A DNA stretch of 64,000 nucleotides, from contig JAZSIK010000024.1 in the NCBI GenBank assembly GCA_045533775.1, positions 5,510 to 69,509 of the forward strand, read 5' to 3'. Shown piece after piece: positions 53,770 to 61,677 of the stretch. The translations under genes were made by a program, and so were the position numbers. This DNA is from Eubacteriales bacterium (GTDB lineage: Bacteria; Bacillota; Clostridia; Oscillospirales; CAG-272). Numbering within the stretch: position 1 is the stretch's first letter; every line of letters starts with the position of its first letter. Under the pieces are notes generated by a model. That model was not told the origin of the DNA, did not search any database, and saw only the letters and a program-made list of their open reading frames with translations.

Positions 53770-54324
53770 ATGCACTACGGAGCAATAAAAAAATGCGACA
53801 TAGCAAACGGCGAGGGAATAAGAGTCAGCCTGTTTGTCAGCGGCTGTCGCAATAAATGTAAGGGCTGCTTCCAGCCTGAAACCTGGGATTTCACCTACGG
53901 TAAGCTCTTTGATAGCTCTGCGAGAGAGGAGATATTCTCCGCATTGAACAATCCTTCGGTGAGAGGCATTACGGTTTTGGGCGGCGAACCCCTTGAGCCT
54001 GAAAATCAGGGGGAGATTCTCTCTCTGCTTCGTGAAATAAAGAACAGACTCCCCGAGAAAACCGTATGGTTATTTACGGGAGCTACATATGAGCAGCTTG
54101 GCAACGCAAAAGAACGCTATAACACCGAGTATATTTCCGACCTCCTTGCCCTTGTTGACATTCTTGTTGACGGGCCTTATGTAGAGGAGCAAAAAAGCCT
54201 CGGACTCAGATTCCGCGGCTCAAAAAATCAGCGCGTCATAGATATGAACGCCACCCGTCGCGAGGGCAGGGTAGTGATCTGGGCGGGCTGTAAGGAGGAT
54301 AAACATTATGAGAGTAAAAATTAA
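53770..54324 (+). CDS. nrdG: Anaerobic ribonucleoside-triphosphate reductase activating protein (radical SAM)
   Basis: ORF track 53731..54324; ATG 53770 follows GAGGTG. CDIANGEGIRVSLFVSGCRNKCKGC (CxxxCxxC). Confidence 0.88.
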   Translation: MHYGAIKKCDIANGEGIRVSLFVSGCRNKCKGCFQPETWDFTYGKLFDSSAREEIFSALNNPSVRGITVLGGEPLEPENQGEILSLLREIKNRLPEKTVWLFTGATYEQLGNAKERYNTEYISDLLALVDILVDGPYVEEQKSLGLRFRGSKNQRVIDMNATRREGRVVIWAGCKEDKHYESKN

Positions 54325-54742
54325 AAAGCTTCACGAAAATGCTGTGATACCTACTTACGGCACAGAGTTTTCCGCAGGCGCAGATCTGTATGCTCTGCTT
54401 GATGCTCCTACCGAGATCGCGCCTCACGAAACCCAATTTATTCATACAGGTATATCGGTAGAGATACCGGAAGGCTATTGCGGCCTTGTATTTGCCCGCT
54501 CAAGTATGGGCGCAAAGCGCGGACTTGCTCCCGCAAATAAGGTTGGTGTTATTGACGCCGACTACCGCGGTGAAATAATGGTAACTCTCCACAATCACAG
54601 CGAGATAGTCGCCACCGTTGAGCCGGGAGAGCGCATTGCTCAGCTTGCCATCGTACCCTTTTTGAAGGCAGAGTTTGAGGAAACTGATGAGCTTTCCGAT
54701 ACCAAAAGAGGCGTCGGTGGCTTCGGTAGCACCGGAAAATAA
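54308..54742 (+). CDS. dut: dUTP diphosphatase
   Basis: 144 aa; AGADL, GVIDADYRGE and RGVGGFGSTG motifs. Confidence 0.92.
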   Translation: MRVKIKKLHENAVIPTYGTEFSAGADLYALLDAPTEIAPHETQFIHTGISVEIPEGYCGLVFARSSMGAKRGLAPANKVGVIDADYRGEIMVTLHNHSEIVATVEPGERIAQLAIVPFLKAEFEETDELSDTKRGVGGFGSTGK

Positions 54743-54810
54743 AAGTGTGCTAACACCGCAGTTTCTGGTATTTTTCAAACATTAATCTGCAATTTTTACG
54801 CAGAAAATAT

Positions 54811-54838
54811 AAAAAAGGCACTCGTTTGAGTGCCTTTT
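54811..54838. terminator. Bidirectional terminator between dut and the rluA-family gene
   Basis: AAAAAA-GGCACTC-gttt-GAGTGCC-TTTT. Confidence 0.75.
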
Positions 54839-54841
54839 GCT

Positions 54842-55801
54842 TTAGAAATAATCCTTAGTGAAATAAATATCCTTTTTGGGAATCTTGAACTCCTTGCCAT
54901 TAAGATAATCAAGGCAGCCGGGCTCTGATGTATCAAAGGAAAAACGCAATTTGTATGAGTAGAGCGCCTGATACTTGTAGCCTCTCGCTCTGTCACTCTT
55001 GTTGATGCCGTACTTTCCGTCACCGATTAGCGGATGACCGATATGAGCCATATGGGCGCGTATCTGGTGGGTTCGTCCTGTCAGCAGCTCCACCTCTATA
55101 AGAGAGGAGTCCTTGCTCTTTGCAACTACCTTATATTTTGTGATGATCTCCTTCGCCGCGCGAGGGGGATTTTTGTCATAAACTCTGACTATGTTCTTTT
55201 TATCGTCCTTCAGCAGCCAGCCCTTTATGGTCGCCGACTCGGGCTTTGGGATACCGTGTACGGCAGCGAGATAAAACTTGTCAATCTCTCGCCTCTTGAT
55301 CTTCTCATTCATCACTCTCAGTGCCTCGGCGTTCTTTGCCGCTATGACAATTCCGCCGGTGTTGCGATCAATTCTGTTGCACAGGGCGGGGGCAAAGGAC
55401 TGCTCGTCCTCCGGGCGATACTCACCCTTCTGATACAGATACGCCTGGATATGAGTGATCAGAGTATTTGTAGATCCGTCCTCGTCCTCGTGGACAGACA
55501 CACCGGGACGCTTATTAAGAAGAATGATATTTTCATCCTCATATACTATATCCAGCTTTACGTTAATACTCTCAAAGGAGTGACTGTCAGCCTTTTTCTC
55601 AAAAAACTCCTCTGCCAGAAAGCACTGAACGGTATCACCCTCGCAGAGAATAGTGTTATTCTCGGCTCTTTTGCGATTGACTTTAATTTTTTTAAGTCTT
55701 ATAGACTTATACAGCAGACTTGTAGGCAGATCAAGCGTCTTGGTAATAAACTTATCCAGTCGCTGTCCCGCATCATTTTTGCCGATAATCAGCTCGCGCA
55801 C
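54842..55801 (-). CDS. RluA family pseudouridine synthase (RluD-like, with S4 domain)
   Basis: N-terminal S4 RNA-binding domain (QRLDKFI), catalytic NRIDRNTGG, HQIRAHMAHIGHPLIGD. Confidence 0.9.
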   Translation of the reverse strand: MRELIIGKNDAGQRLDKFITKTLDLPTSLLYKSIRLKKIKVNRKRAENNTILCEGDTVQCFLAEEFFEKKADSHSFESINVKLDIVYEDENIILLNKRPGVSVHEDEDGSTNTLITHIQAYLYQKGEYRPEDEQSFAPALCNRIDRNTGGIVIAAKNAEALRVMNEKIKRREIDKFYLAAVHGIPKPESATIKGWLLKDDKKNIVRVYDKNPPRAAKEIITKYKVVAKSKDSSLIEVELLTGRTHQIRAHMAHIGHPLIGDGKYGINKSDRARGYKYQALYSYKLRFSFDTSEPGCLDYLNGKEFKIPKKDIYFTKDYF

Positions 55802-55836
55802 GGCAATACCTCCTTTCGCACAGACTTGTTTTCAGA

Positions 55837-56466
55837 TTATTTCGTACCGAATATTCTGTCACCCGCATCACCAAGACCGGGAACGATATAGGCGTGGTCA
55901 TTAAGATACTCGTCAAGAGCCGCGGCGTAAATATCAACGTCGGGATGGCTCTCCTGAACCTTCTTGACACCCTCGGGCGCAGCAACAAGGCACATCAGCA
56001 TAATATGCTTTGCACCCTTATTCTTAACCATTGTAATAGCGTCACTTGCAGAGCCGCCTGTTGCGAGCATGGGGTCAACGATAATTACCGTTCTCTCCTC
56101 AAGCTCGGGGGGCATCTTGCAGTAATATTCAACAGGGAGATGGGTTTCGGGATCGCGGTACAGACCGATGTGACCCACTCTTGCAACCGGCACGAGGCGC
56201 AGCAAACCGTCAACCATGCCAAGACCTGCTCTGAGAATGGGAACGATAGCAAGCTTTTTGCCCGAGATCTTTCTCTGTACAGTCTTGCATATAGGTGTTT
56301 CAATCTCCACCTCCTCGGTAGGAAGATTTCTGGTAATCTCATAGCCCATAAGCATAGAGATCTCGTCAAGCAGCTGCTTGAACTCGCTTGTGGGTGTATC
56401 CTTTTCACGCATAATAGTCAGCTTGTGCTGAATAAGTGGATGCTCTATAACCTGAAACTTGCTCAT
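55837..56466 (-). CDS. upp: Uracil phosphoribosyltransferase
   Basis: 209 aa; PILRAGLGM and PRPP-binding [13 protein letters not shown] motifs. Confidence 0.95.
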   Translation of the reverse strand: MSKFQVIEHPLIQHKLTIMREKDTPTSEFKQLLDEISMLMGYEITRNLPTEEVEIETPICKTVQRKISGKKLAIVPILRAGLGMVDGLLRLVPVARVGHIGLYRDPETHLPVEYYCKMPPELEERTVIIVDPMLATGGSASDAITMVKNKGAKHIMLMCLVAAPEGVKKVQESHPDVDIYAAALDEYLNDHAYIVPGLGDAGDRIFGTK

Positions 56467-56569
56467 AAATAAGATTCCTTTCGGTTTTTTCTTATATTAT
56501 ACCTCTTAATGCGCTTTTTTTCAAGTATTCTTGCATAAAATTATAGAAAACAGGTAAAAGGAGGCAGGT

Positions 56570-57475
56570 ATGAGAGATATATCTCTTGTGATAATGGCGG
56601 CGGGAATGGGTAGCCGCTTTGGAGGGCTTAAGCAGACGGCTCAGGTAGACGGCAGAGGGCACAGACTGATTGACTATTCGGTCTATGACGGAGTGCGGGC
56701 AGGATTCCGACGGTTGATATTTATTATCGGGCGAAGGATGGAGGCAGATTTTATTGAAATAGGTAGGACTTACAGCAAAAAATACGGCATTTCGGTTGAT
56801 CTTGTCTTTCAGGATGCAGACAGTCTGCCCGACGGCTTTGATCTCCCCCTCGGCAGAGAGCGTCCCTTTGGCACGGCTCACGCGGTAGCCTGCCTTGCGG
56901 GAAGTGTGACAGAGCCCTTTGCTATTATAAATGCAGATGACTTTTACGGCAGATCGGCTTTTTACAAGATTTTTGCCTTTCTATCCGACCCGGATATAAA
57001 GGAAAATACATATTCTATGGTGGGATACAGGCTGGAAAACACCCTGAGCAAGAACGGCAGCGTATCTCGCGGCGTGTGCAGGATAACAGACGGATATGTA
57101 AGCGAGATCTGTGAGATGCAGTCTGTTCACCGAGAGGGAAATGATATTGTTTCCGAGGGGATCGGCGGCAGAATCACCCTCTCGCCGGATGCTGTTGTTT
57201 CGGTAAATCTGTGGGGCTTTACACAGGACATAATTAATGAGTGCAGCTCGCGTTTTGTCCCGTTTCTAAAGGAAAATCTCCTGAAAAATCCGCAAAAATG
57301 CGAGTTTTATTTACCCGAGGTGGTTTCGGCTCTTATCCGCGAGGGTAGGGCAACGGTGCGCGCCTTTATGAGCGATGACGAATGGCTTGGCATGACCTAT
57401 AAGGCAGATGTATCAAGGCTGAAGAGAATGCTGTTTAAATATGTAAAAAGCGGTGTTTACCCGCCCGATTTATAG
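56570..57475 (+). CDS. Nucleotidyltransferase family protein (sugar-phosphate nucleotidyltransferase-like)
   Basis: N-terminal LVIMAAGMGSRFGG signature; 301 aa. Confidence 0.8.
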   Translation: MRDISLVIMAAGMGSRFGGLKQTAQVDGRGHRLIDYSVYDGVRAGFRRLIFIIGRRMEADFIEIGRTYSKKYGISVDLVFQDADSLPDGFDLPLGRERPFGTAHAVACLAGSVTEPFAIINADDFYGRSAFYKIFAFLSDPDIKENTYSMVGYRLENTLSKNGSVSRGVCRITDGYVSEICEMQSVHREGNDIVSEGIGGRITLSPDAVVSVNLWGFTQDIINECSSRFVPFLKENLLKNPQKCEFYLPEVVSALIREGRATVRAFMSDDEWLGMTYKADVSRLKRMLFKYVKSGVYPPDL

Positions 57476-57506
57476 AAAAAAAGCCCTCCGATTCGGAGGG
57501 CAATTT
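57476..57506. terminator. Bidirectional terminator
   Basis: AAAAAAA-GCCCTCCG-att-CGGAGGGC-AATTTT. Confidence 0.8.
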
Positions 57507-58367
57507 TCAATTAACAAAAATAAGCAGAATAACAGCGATAAATGTGGGAATCAGTGTAATGCAAAGAAGCTTTACAGAGTTGATGATTCCTCTCTTCATA
57601 TCATAATTCCGATATAGTGATATAATATTTTTAATTATCAATATAACCGCCGGAAGGAGAATTATGAACGAAAGAAACATAGTCCATATTCCGGGATCTC
57701 CCGCTGATGAGGAGGTAAGCATATTTATGAAGAATGTTATAGCGGTTACAAGAATGTCAACGCCCAAGAAAATGAAAGCAAAGGGAGAGGAGTCTCCGCG
57801 CTCGGTCTTGGAAGGAAGAATAACAAAATCAAACAGAGAGTGTAATATTTTGTTTACGGTTCCAATTCTCGGATCGTCGGGCAACGGTCTGTGAGATGTG
57901 TATATTTCGCTTATGAAAAGACCGGTAAAAGCAATAATGACGGCAATCAAACGAAGGGGAAAGGCAATTACTGAGGTGATAATTGCAAAAAATCCCCATC
58001 CGGTTAATGCATGGTTGTGTACAGGAGCAACATATGGACCTGATGTATAGGTGGATTCAGCAAGAACCTCTCCGTCGTATGTAAACTGTGTTGTCACTTC
58101 GTCATTAAATACTCCAAGAGAAACCCAGTTTTCATCCGTTTGGTTTCCCTTTATCCTTACAAGAAGCTTTGATAATCCTATAGCTATGGGGATCATTATT
58201 GCCGTTCCAATGAGACCGAATGGAATACCGGCGTAGTCTTCCGCTATAATTAGCGGAATTAAATATGCAAACGGAGCAATTACGCATACATTGATCAAAA
58301 GCGAAATTGGCAATAACAAGCACTGAACGATAAAGTTTTTTAGTTTGATTAAAAACATAAGAAGCAC
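57507..58367 (-). CDS. Hypothetical multi-pass membrane protein
   Basis: 286 aa with about 7 hydrophobic segments; AT-rich; no family recognised. Confidence 0.6.
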   Translation of the reverse strand: MLLMFLIKLKNFIVQCLLLPISLLINVCVIAPFAYLIPLIIAEDYAGIPFGLIGTAIMIPIAIGLSKLLVRIKGNQTDENWVSLGVFNDEVTTQFTYDGEVLAESTYTSGPYVAPVHNHALTGWGFFAIITSVIAFPLRLIAVIIAFTGLFISEIYTSHRPLPDDPRIGTVNKILHSLFDFVILPSKTERGDSSPFAFIFLGVDILVTAITFFINMLTSSSAGDPGIWTMFLSFIILLPAVILIIKNIISLYRNYDMKRGIINSVKLLCITLIPTFIAVILLIFVN

Positions 58368-58394
58368 CCCTTTTAAGTATTTATATTATAGTAA

Positions 58395-58871
58395 TTATTT
58401 GTGCATATCGTGCCGTGATATATATTTTTCTTTGTATTGGTCTTCTAAGGGACAGTTTGTGAATGCGCCTTCCTCAATTTTTACATCAGAGCTTATATCC
58501 ATCTTTTCAAGAGAATAACAGTCCATAAATGCTGCCCAGTGAATTTCTTTTAGCATTGGAGGAACATTTATTTCGCATAATTTGCGACAACCAGAGAATG
58601 CGAGTTCGTCAATGAACATTATACTCTGCGGAAGATCAACTGTTTTAATTTCAATGGAGCTTGAAAAAGCTGCCCTCCCTATTCCTATAACAGGACAATT
58701 ATTCACTACTAGTGCAATTGAAATATTAGTAATATCAAAATTGTAATCAAGAATAGAATCAACAACCGCGAATATGAGTCCGTTACTTTTATTTTTTATA
58801 AATCCATACCTTACGCTATCTAGATCCACTTGTTTCCACAATTTCTTAAACCAATCCTTACCGCACCACAT
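58395..58871 (-). CDS. Leucine-rich repeat (BspA/LRR_5-type) protein, no signal peptide
   Basis: Repeats of the form IGRAAFSSS..I..V.LP.S...I.ELAFSGCRKL..I..P..L..I...AF..C.SL. Confidence 0.72.
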   Translation of the reverse strand: MWCGKDWFKKLWKQVDLDSVRYGFIKNKSNGLIFAVVDSILDYNFDITNISIALVVNNCPVIGIGRAAFSSSIEIKTVDLPQSIMFIDELAFSGCRKLCEINVPPMLKEIHWAAFMDCYSLEKMDISSDVKIEEGAFTNCPLEDQYKEKYISRHDMHK

Positions 58872-58916
58872 TTTTTACTCTCCTTCATTATATACCAATT
58901 TGGGATAATAAAATTA

Positions 58917-58929
58917 TACCATTATGGTA
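58917..58929. promoter_or_regulatory. Palindrome in the divergent promoter region (candidate XRE operator)
   Basis: TACCAT-T-ATGGTA perfect 6+1+6 palindrome between the divergent LRR and XRE genes. Confidence 0.35.
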
Positions 58930-58988
58930 CAATAAAGTCAAGAAGTTTTTCATAAAATGTCGGAAAAAGTAAAAAAGAAGGTGAGTTT

Positions 58989-59240
58989 TTGGAGTTTAGA
59001 TTAAAGGAATTACGAAAAAAGAAAAAAATATCGCAGCTAAAGCTTGCTCTTGACCTTAATATGAATCAAAACAGTATAAGCCGATATGAGAATCTTGAGA
59101 GAGAAGCCGATTACAACACCCTTATAAAATTTGCTGATTATTTTAATGTTTCATTGGACTATCTCCTTGGCAGAACCGATAATCAGAAAATTAACAGATC
59201 CTCTGCAAAGAATAATAAGGAAACAAAAACAACCGTTTGA
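58989..59240 (+). CDS. XRE family helix-turn-helix transcriptional regulator
   Basis: TTG start after AAGGTGAG. LKELRKKKKISQLKLALDLNMNQNSISRYE...YNTLIKFADYFNVSLDYLLGRTD is a typical Cro/C1 HTH. Confidence 0.85.
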   Translation: MEFRLKELRKKKKISQLKLALDLNMNQNSISRYENLEREADYNTLIKFADYFNVSLDYLLGRTDNQKINRSSAKNNKETKTTV

Positions 59241-59272
59241 TGCTCCTCAAAGGAAGCCAAACGGTTGTTTTT
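59225..59272. terminator. Bidirectional terminator
   Basis: 15-bp arms AAAAACAACCGTTTG / CAAACGGTTGTTTTT. Confidence 0.75.
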
Positions 59273-59273
59273 G

Positions 59274-60422
59274 TTATGTAAATAAATAGCAGAACACAGT
59301 CAGAATAATCAGAAAGGCGAAGTTAAAGGCACTGAATTTAAGAATATACGACAGTGTGTGCTTTGGGTCCTGCTTTGTGTATTCCTTAAAGGTGATAAGA
59401 CTGGCAAGAGATGCGATCAGAGTACCCGCGCCACCAATATTTACGCCAAGCAGCAGCTCGCGATAATTGTCGGTGAACTGCGATAAAAGTATCGCCGAGG
59501 GAACATTGGAGATTATCTGACAGCTCATAGCAGAGAATACCAGTGTATTGATGCCAAGCAGGTAGGAGAAAAAGTCGCGCACGATCTCTATTCTTCCCAT
59601 ATTTCCTGCAAATATGAAGAAAAACACGAAGGTAAACAGCAGACCGTAGTCCACCTGGCGGAGAGCTTCTCTGTCAAGAAAAAGCAGAGCTACGGGAATC
59701 AGCACGAGGCCTATCTGATATGGCATAAATCTGAATACTATGGATATTGCCACGGCAAACAAAGCAAGGTAAATAATTACTCTGGCAATAGGAAGGCTTG
59801 CGGCTTTTTCCTTTATTTCAAGCGGCTCGCTCTTGACGAAAATAAGGCAGCAAACGGTGATAAGCACCACCGCTACAATAAAAGGCGGAAGCATTATAGA
59901 AACAAACTCACCGTCGGGAATGTTGAACTTGGAATAAAGGTATAGATTCTGCGGATTTCCGAATGGCGTAAGCATACCGCCGAGATTTGCCGCAATATTC
60001 TGCATTATAAATGCAAAAGACAGGTACTTTTCCTTTCCCGTAGTATGCAGGATAAAGTATCCGAGAGGGAGAAATGTTAGCAGAGCCATATCATTCGCTA
60101 TCAGCATAGAGCCTATAAAGGTTACATATACAAGAACGAGAATGGCTATTTTTGCATTTTTGAATTTTCTCACAATGGCTTTAGCTAAAGTATAGAAAAA
60201 TCTAATATTTCTAAGAGCACATACAACCGCCAAAACGCAGAAAAGACAGGCGAGAGTCTTGAAATCAAAATACCCGAGATATTCTCTGTCGGGCGGAACG
60301 ATAATAGAGGTTATTGCTGCGGCAAAAAATGCTACAATAAGCACCACGTTATCTTTTACCCAGCTCTTTATTTTTTCCGCCCTTGTATGCGGAATAATCA
60401 TTTTTTCATTTATTGTTTGCAT
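59274..60422 (-). CDS. ArsB/NhaD (citrate-transporter-like) superfamily permease
   Basis: 382 aa with about 10 TM segments; resembles the anion permease / CitMHS-like fold (from memory). Confidence 0.7.
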   Translation of the reverse strand: MQTINEKMIIPHTRAEKIKSWVKDNVVLIVAFFAAAITSIIVPPDREYLGYFDFKTLACLFCVLAVVCALRNIRFFYTLAKAIVRKFKNAKIAILVLVYVTFIGSMLIANDMALLTFLPLGYFILHTTGKEKYLSFAFIMQNIAANLGGMLTPFGNPQNLYLYSKFNIPDGEFVSIMLPPFIVAVVLITVCCLIFVKSEPLEIKEKAASLPIARVIIYLALFAVAISIVFRFMPYQIGLVLIPVALLFLDREALRQVDYGLLFTFVFFFIFAGNMGRIEIVRDFFSYLLGINTLVFSAMSCQIISNVPSAILLSQFTDNYRELLLGVNIGGAGTLIASLASLITFKEYTKQDPKHTLSYILKFSAFNFAFLIILTVFCYLFT

Positions 60423-60949
60423 ATTTCGTCGTAGGTTTTTTGCATATACTTTTTGTTTAGAACATAGTCTTCACCGTGGAGTCTTACGTCCTCAAAAACA
60501 GCCTCCATAAATGCCATTGTTTTAGGATTCCCCAAAACCTTATTCCCGTATTTTTTCCAGTGGAGCAGGGGAAGATCTGTGGAATACCCCCTTCCTGCAT
60601 ATACTCTTGTGGCGGCTAGCTTGTCGCATACGCATTCAACAGCATACTTGTAGGGCATCAGCGGCTGAAGAGAGCATTCGGGATCTGTCCAATACTCAAT
60701 ATGATGTTTATTTCTGCCCTTGTGATGAAGCCAGGCTCGGCTCATACCCGTCGCGCGACGACAGGCTCCTATGGGAGAGCGGTCGCCCTGATAATACTTT
60801 ACACTTTCAAAAAACTCCTCGGGGCTGAACTTTGACAGGTCATGAACAATGCCTCGCCATATCAATCCGCACCGTGAGCAAATAATAAACACACGCCATT
60901 TATGCCTTGTAACAAGGGCGAGATGACCGAATAAACTGCTTACTTTCAT
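60410..60949 (-). CDS. DUF5662-like protein (HDxSKF motif)
   Basis: 179 aa; GIVHDLSKFSPEEF ... WLHHKGRNKHHIEYW. Family name from memory. Confidence 0.5.
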   Translation of the reverse strand: MKVSSLFGHLALVTRHKWRVFIICSRCGLIWRGIVHDLSKFSPEEFFESVKYYQGDRSPIGACRRATGMSRAWLHHKGRNKHHIEYWTDPECSLQPLMPYKYAVECVCDKLAATRVYAGRGYSTDLPLLHWKKYGNKVLGNPKTMAFMEAVFEDVRLHGEDYVLNKKYMQKTYDEICKQ

Positions 60950-61133
60950 TTTGGGCTCCTTAAATATTACTCCTTATATTTTAATACACCGGGCAGAAGA
61001 TGTCAACATAAATGTTAATAAAAAATAATCAAAAAAATGCAAAAAATATGTTGACAATCGTTTAATAAAAAGATATAATAATTTTAGAGTCTATTTAATC
61101 TATGACTTAAATAATGAAAAGGAGATTTACACA

Positions 61134-61475
61134 ATGAAAAAGACAGTTTCTGCAATTCTTGTATGCGTACTTCTTGCATGCACTCTTCTTACCCTTGTTT
61201 CCTGTGGTAAGTCCATCACCGGTAGCTACACCGGCACGACTCTTAACGGCGATGTTACCTATAAGTTTGAGATTGGCGGCAAGGTTACAAAGACCACTAA
61301 TCCCATTCTTGGTAAGGGTGAGACTGTAGAAGGTGAGTACAAGTTCAACGATGACGGTAACAAGATCACTCTTACCTTCAACGAGGAATCCAACACCTAC
61401 GATTACAACGAGGGAGAAGAGGACGGCGTTAAGTACATCAAGCTTGACGGTTGGAAGTTCACCCAGGCTGACTAA
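61134..61475 (+). CDS. Small lipoprotein
   Basis: Signal peptide with lipobox LVSCGK; AAGGAG RBS; 113 aa. Confidence 0.75.
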   Translation: MKKTVSAILVCVLLACTLLTLVSCGKSITGSYTGTTLNGDVTYKFEIGGKVTKTTNPILGKGETVEGEYKFNDDGNKITLTFNEESNTYDYNEGEEDGVKYIKLDGWKFTQAD

Positions 61476-61486
61476 TCAGTTTACAT

Positions 61487-61513
61487 AAAGGAGGCTTCGG
61501 CCTCCTTTTTTTT
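61487..61513 (+). terminator. Rho-independent terminator
   Basis: AAAGGAGGC-ttcg-GCCTCCTTT followed by TTTTT. Confidence 0.9.
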
Positions 61514-61533
61514 ATTTATTTTAAGATTACCTA

Positions 61534-61562
61534 TTGATTTTATCACTTTATAGTGTTATAAT
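61534..61562 (+). promoter_or_regulatory. Promoter of the repeat-protein gene
   Basis: TTGATT (61534-61539), 17-nt spacer, TGtTATAAT (61554-61562). Confidence 0.55.
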
Positions 61563-61677
61563 TGTATTTGTATAGAAATATTCGCGCGCGTAGCGAAATA
61601 TTTTATGTAAAATATATAAATAATTGTCTTATTTGTCGCATTATGGGTTTTGCGATAGATAATGAAACGGAGAGAGT

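Noticed and set aside
61561-61677. Imperfect palindrome AAATATTCGCGCGCGTAGCGAAATATTT in the leader of the repeat-protein gene as a regulatory site.
   Set aside because: The arms are imperfect and no second copy or partner regulator is evident. Noted only as a possible operator and too weak to report.
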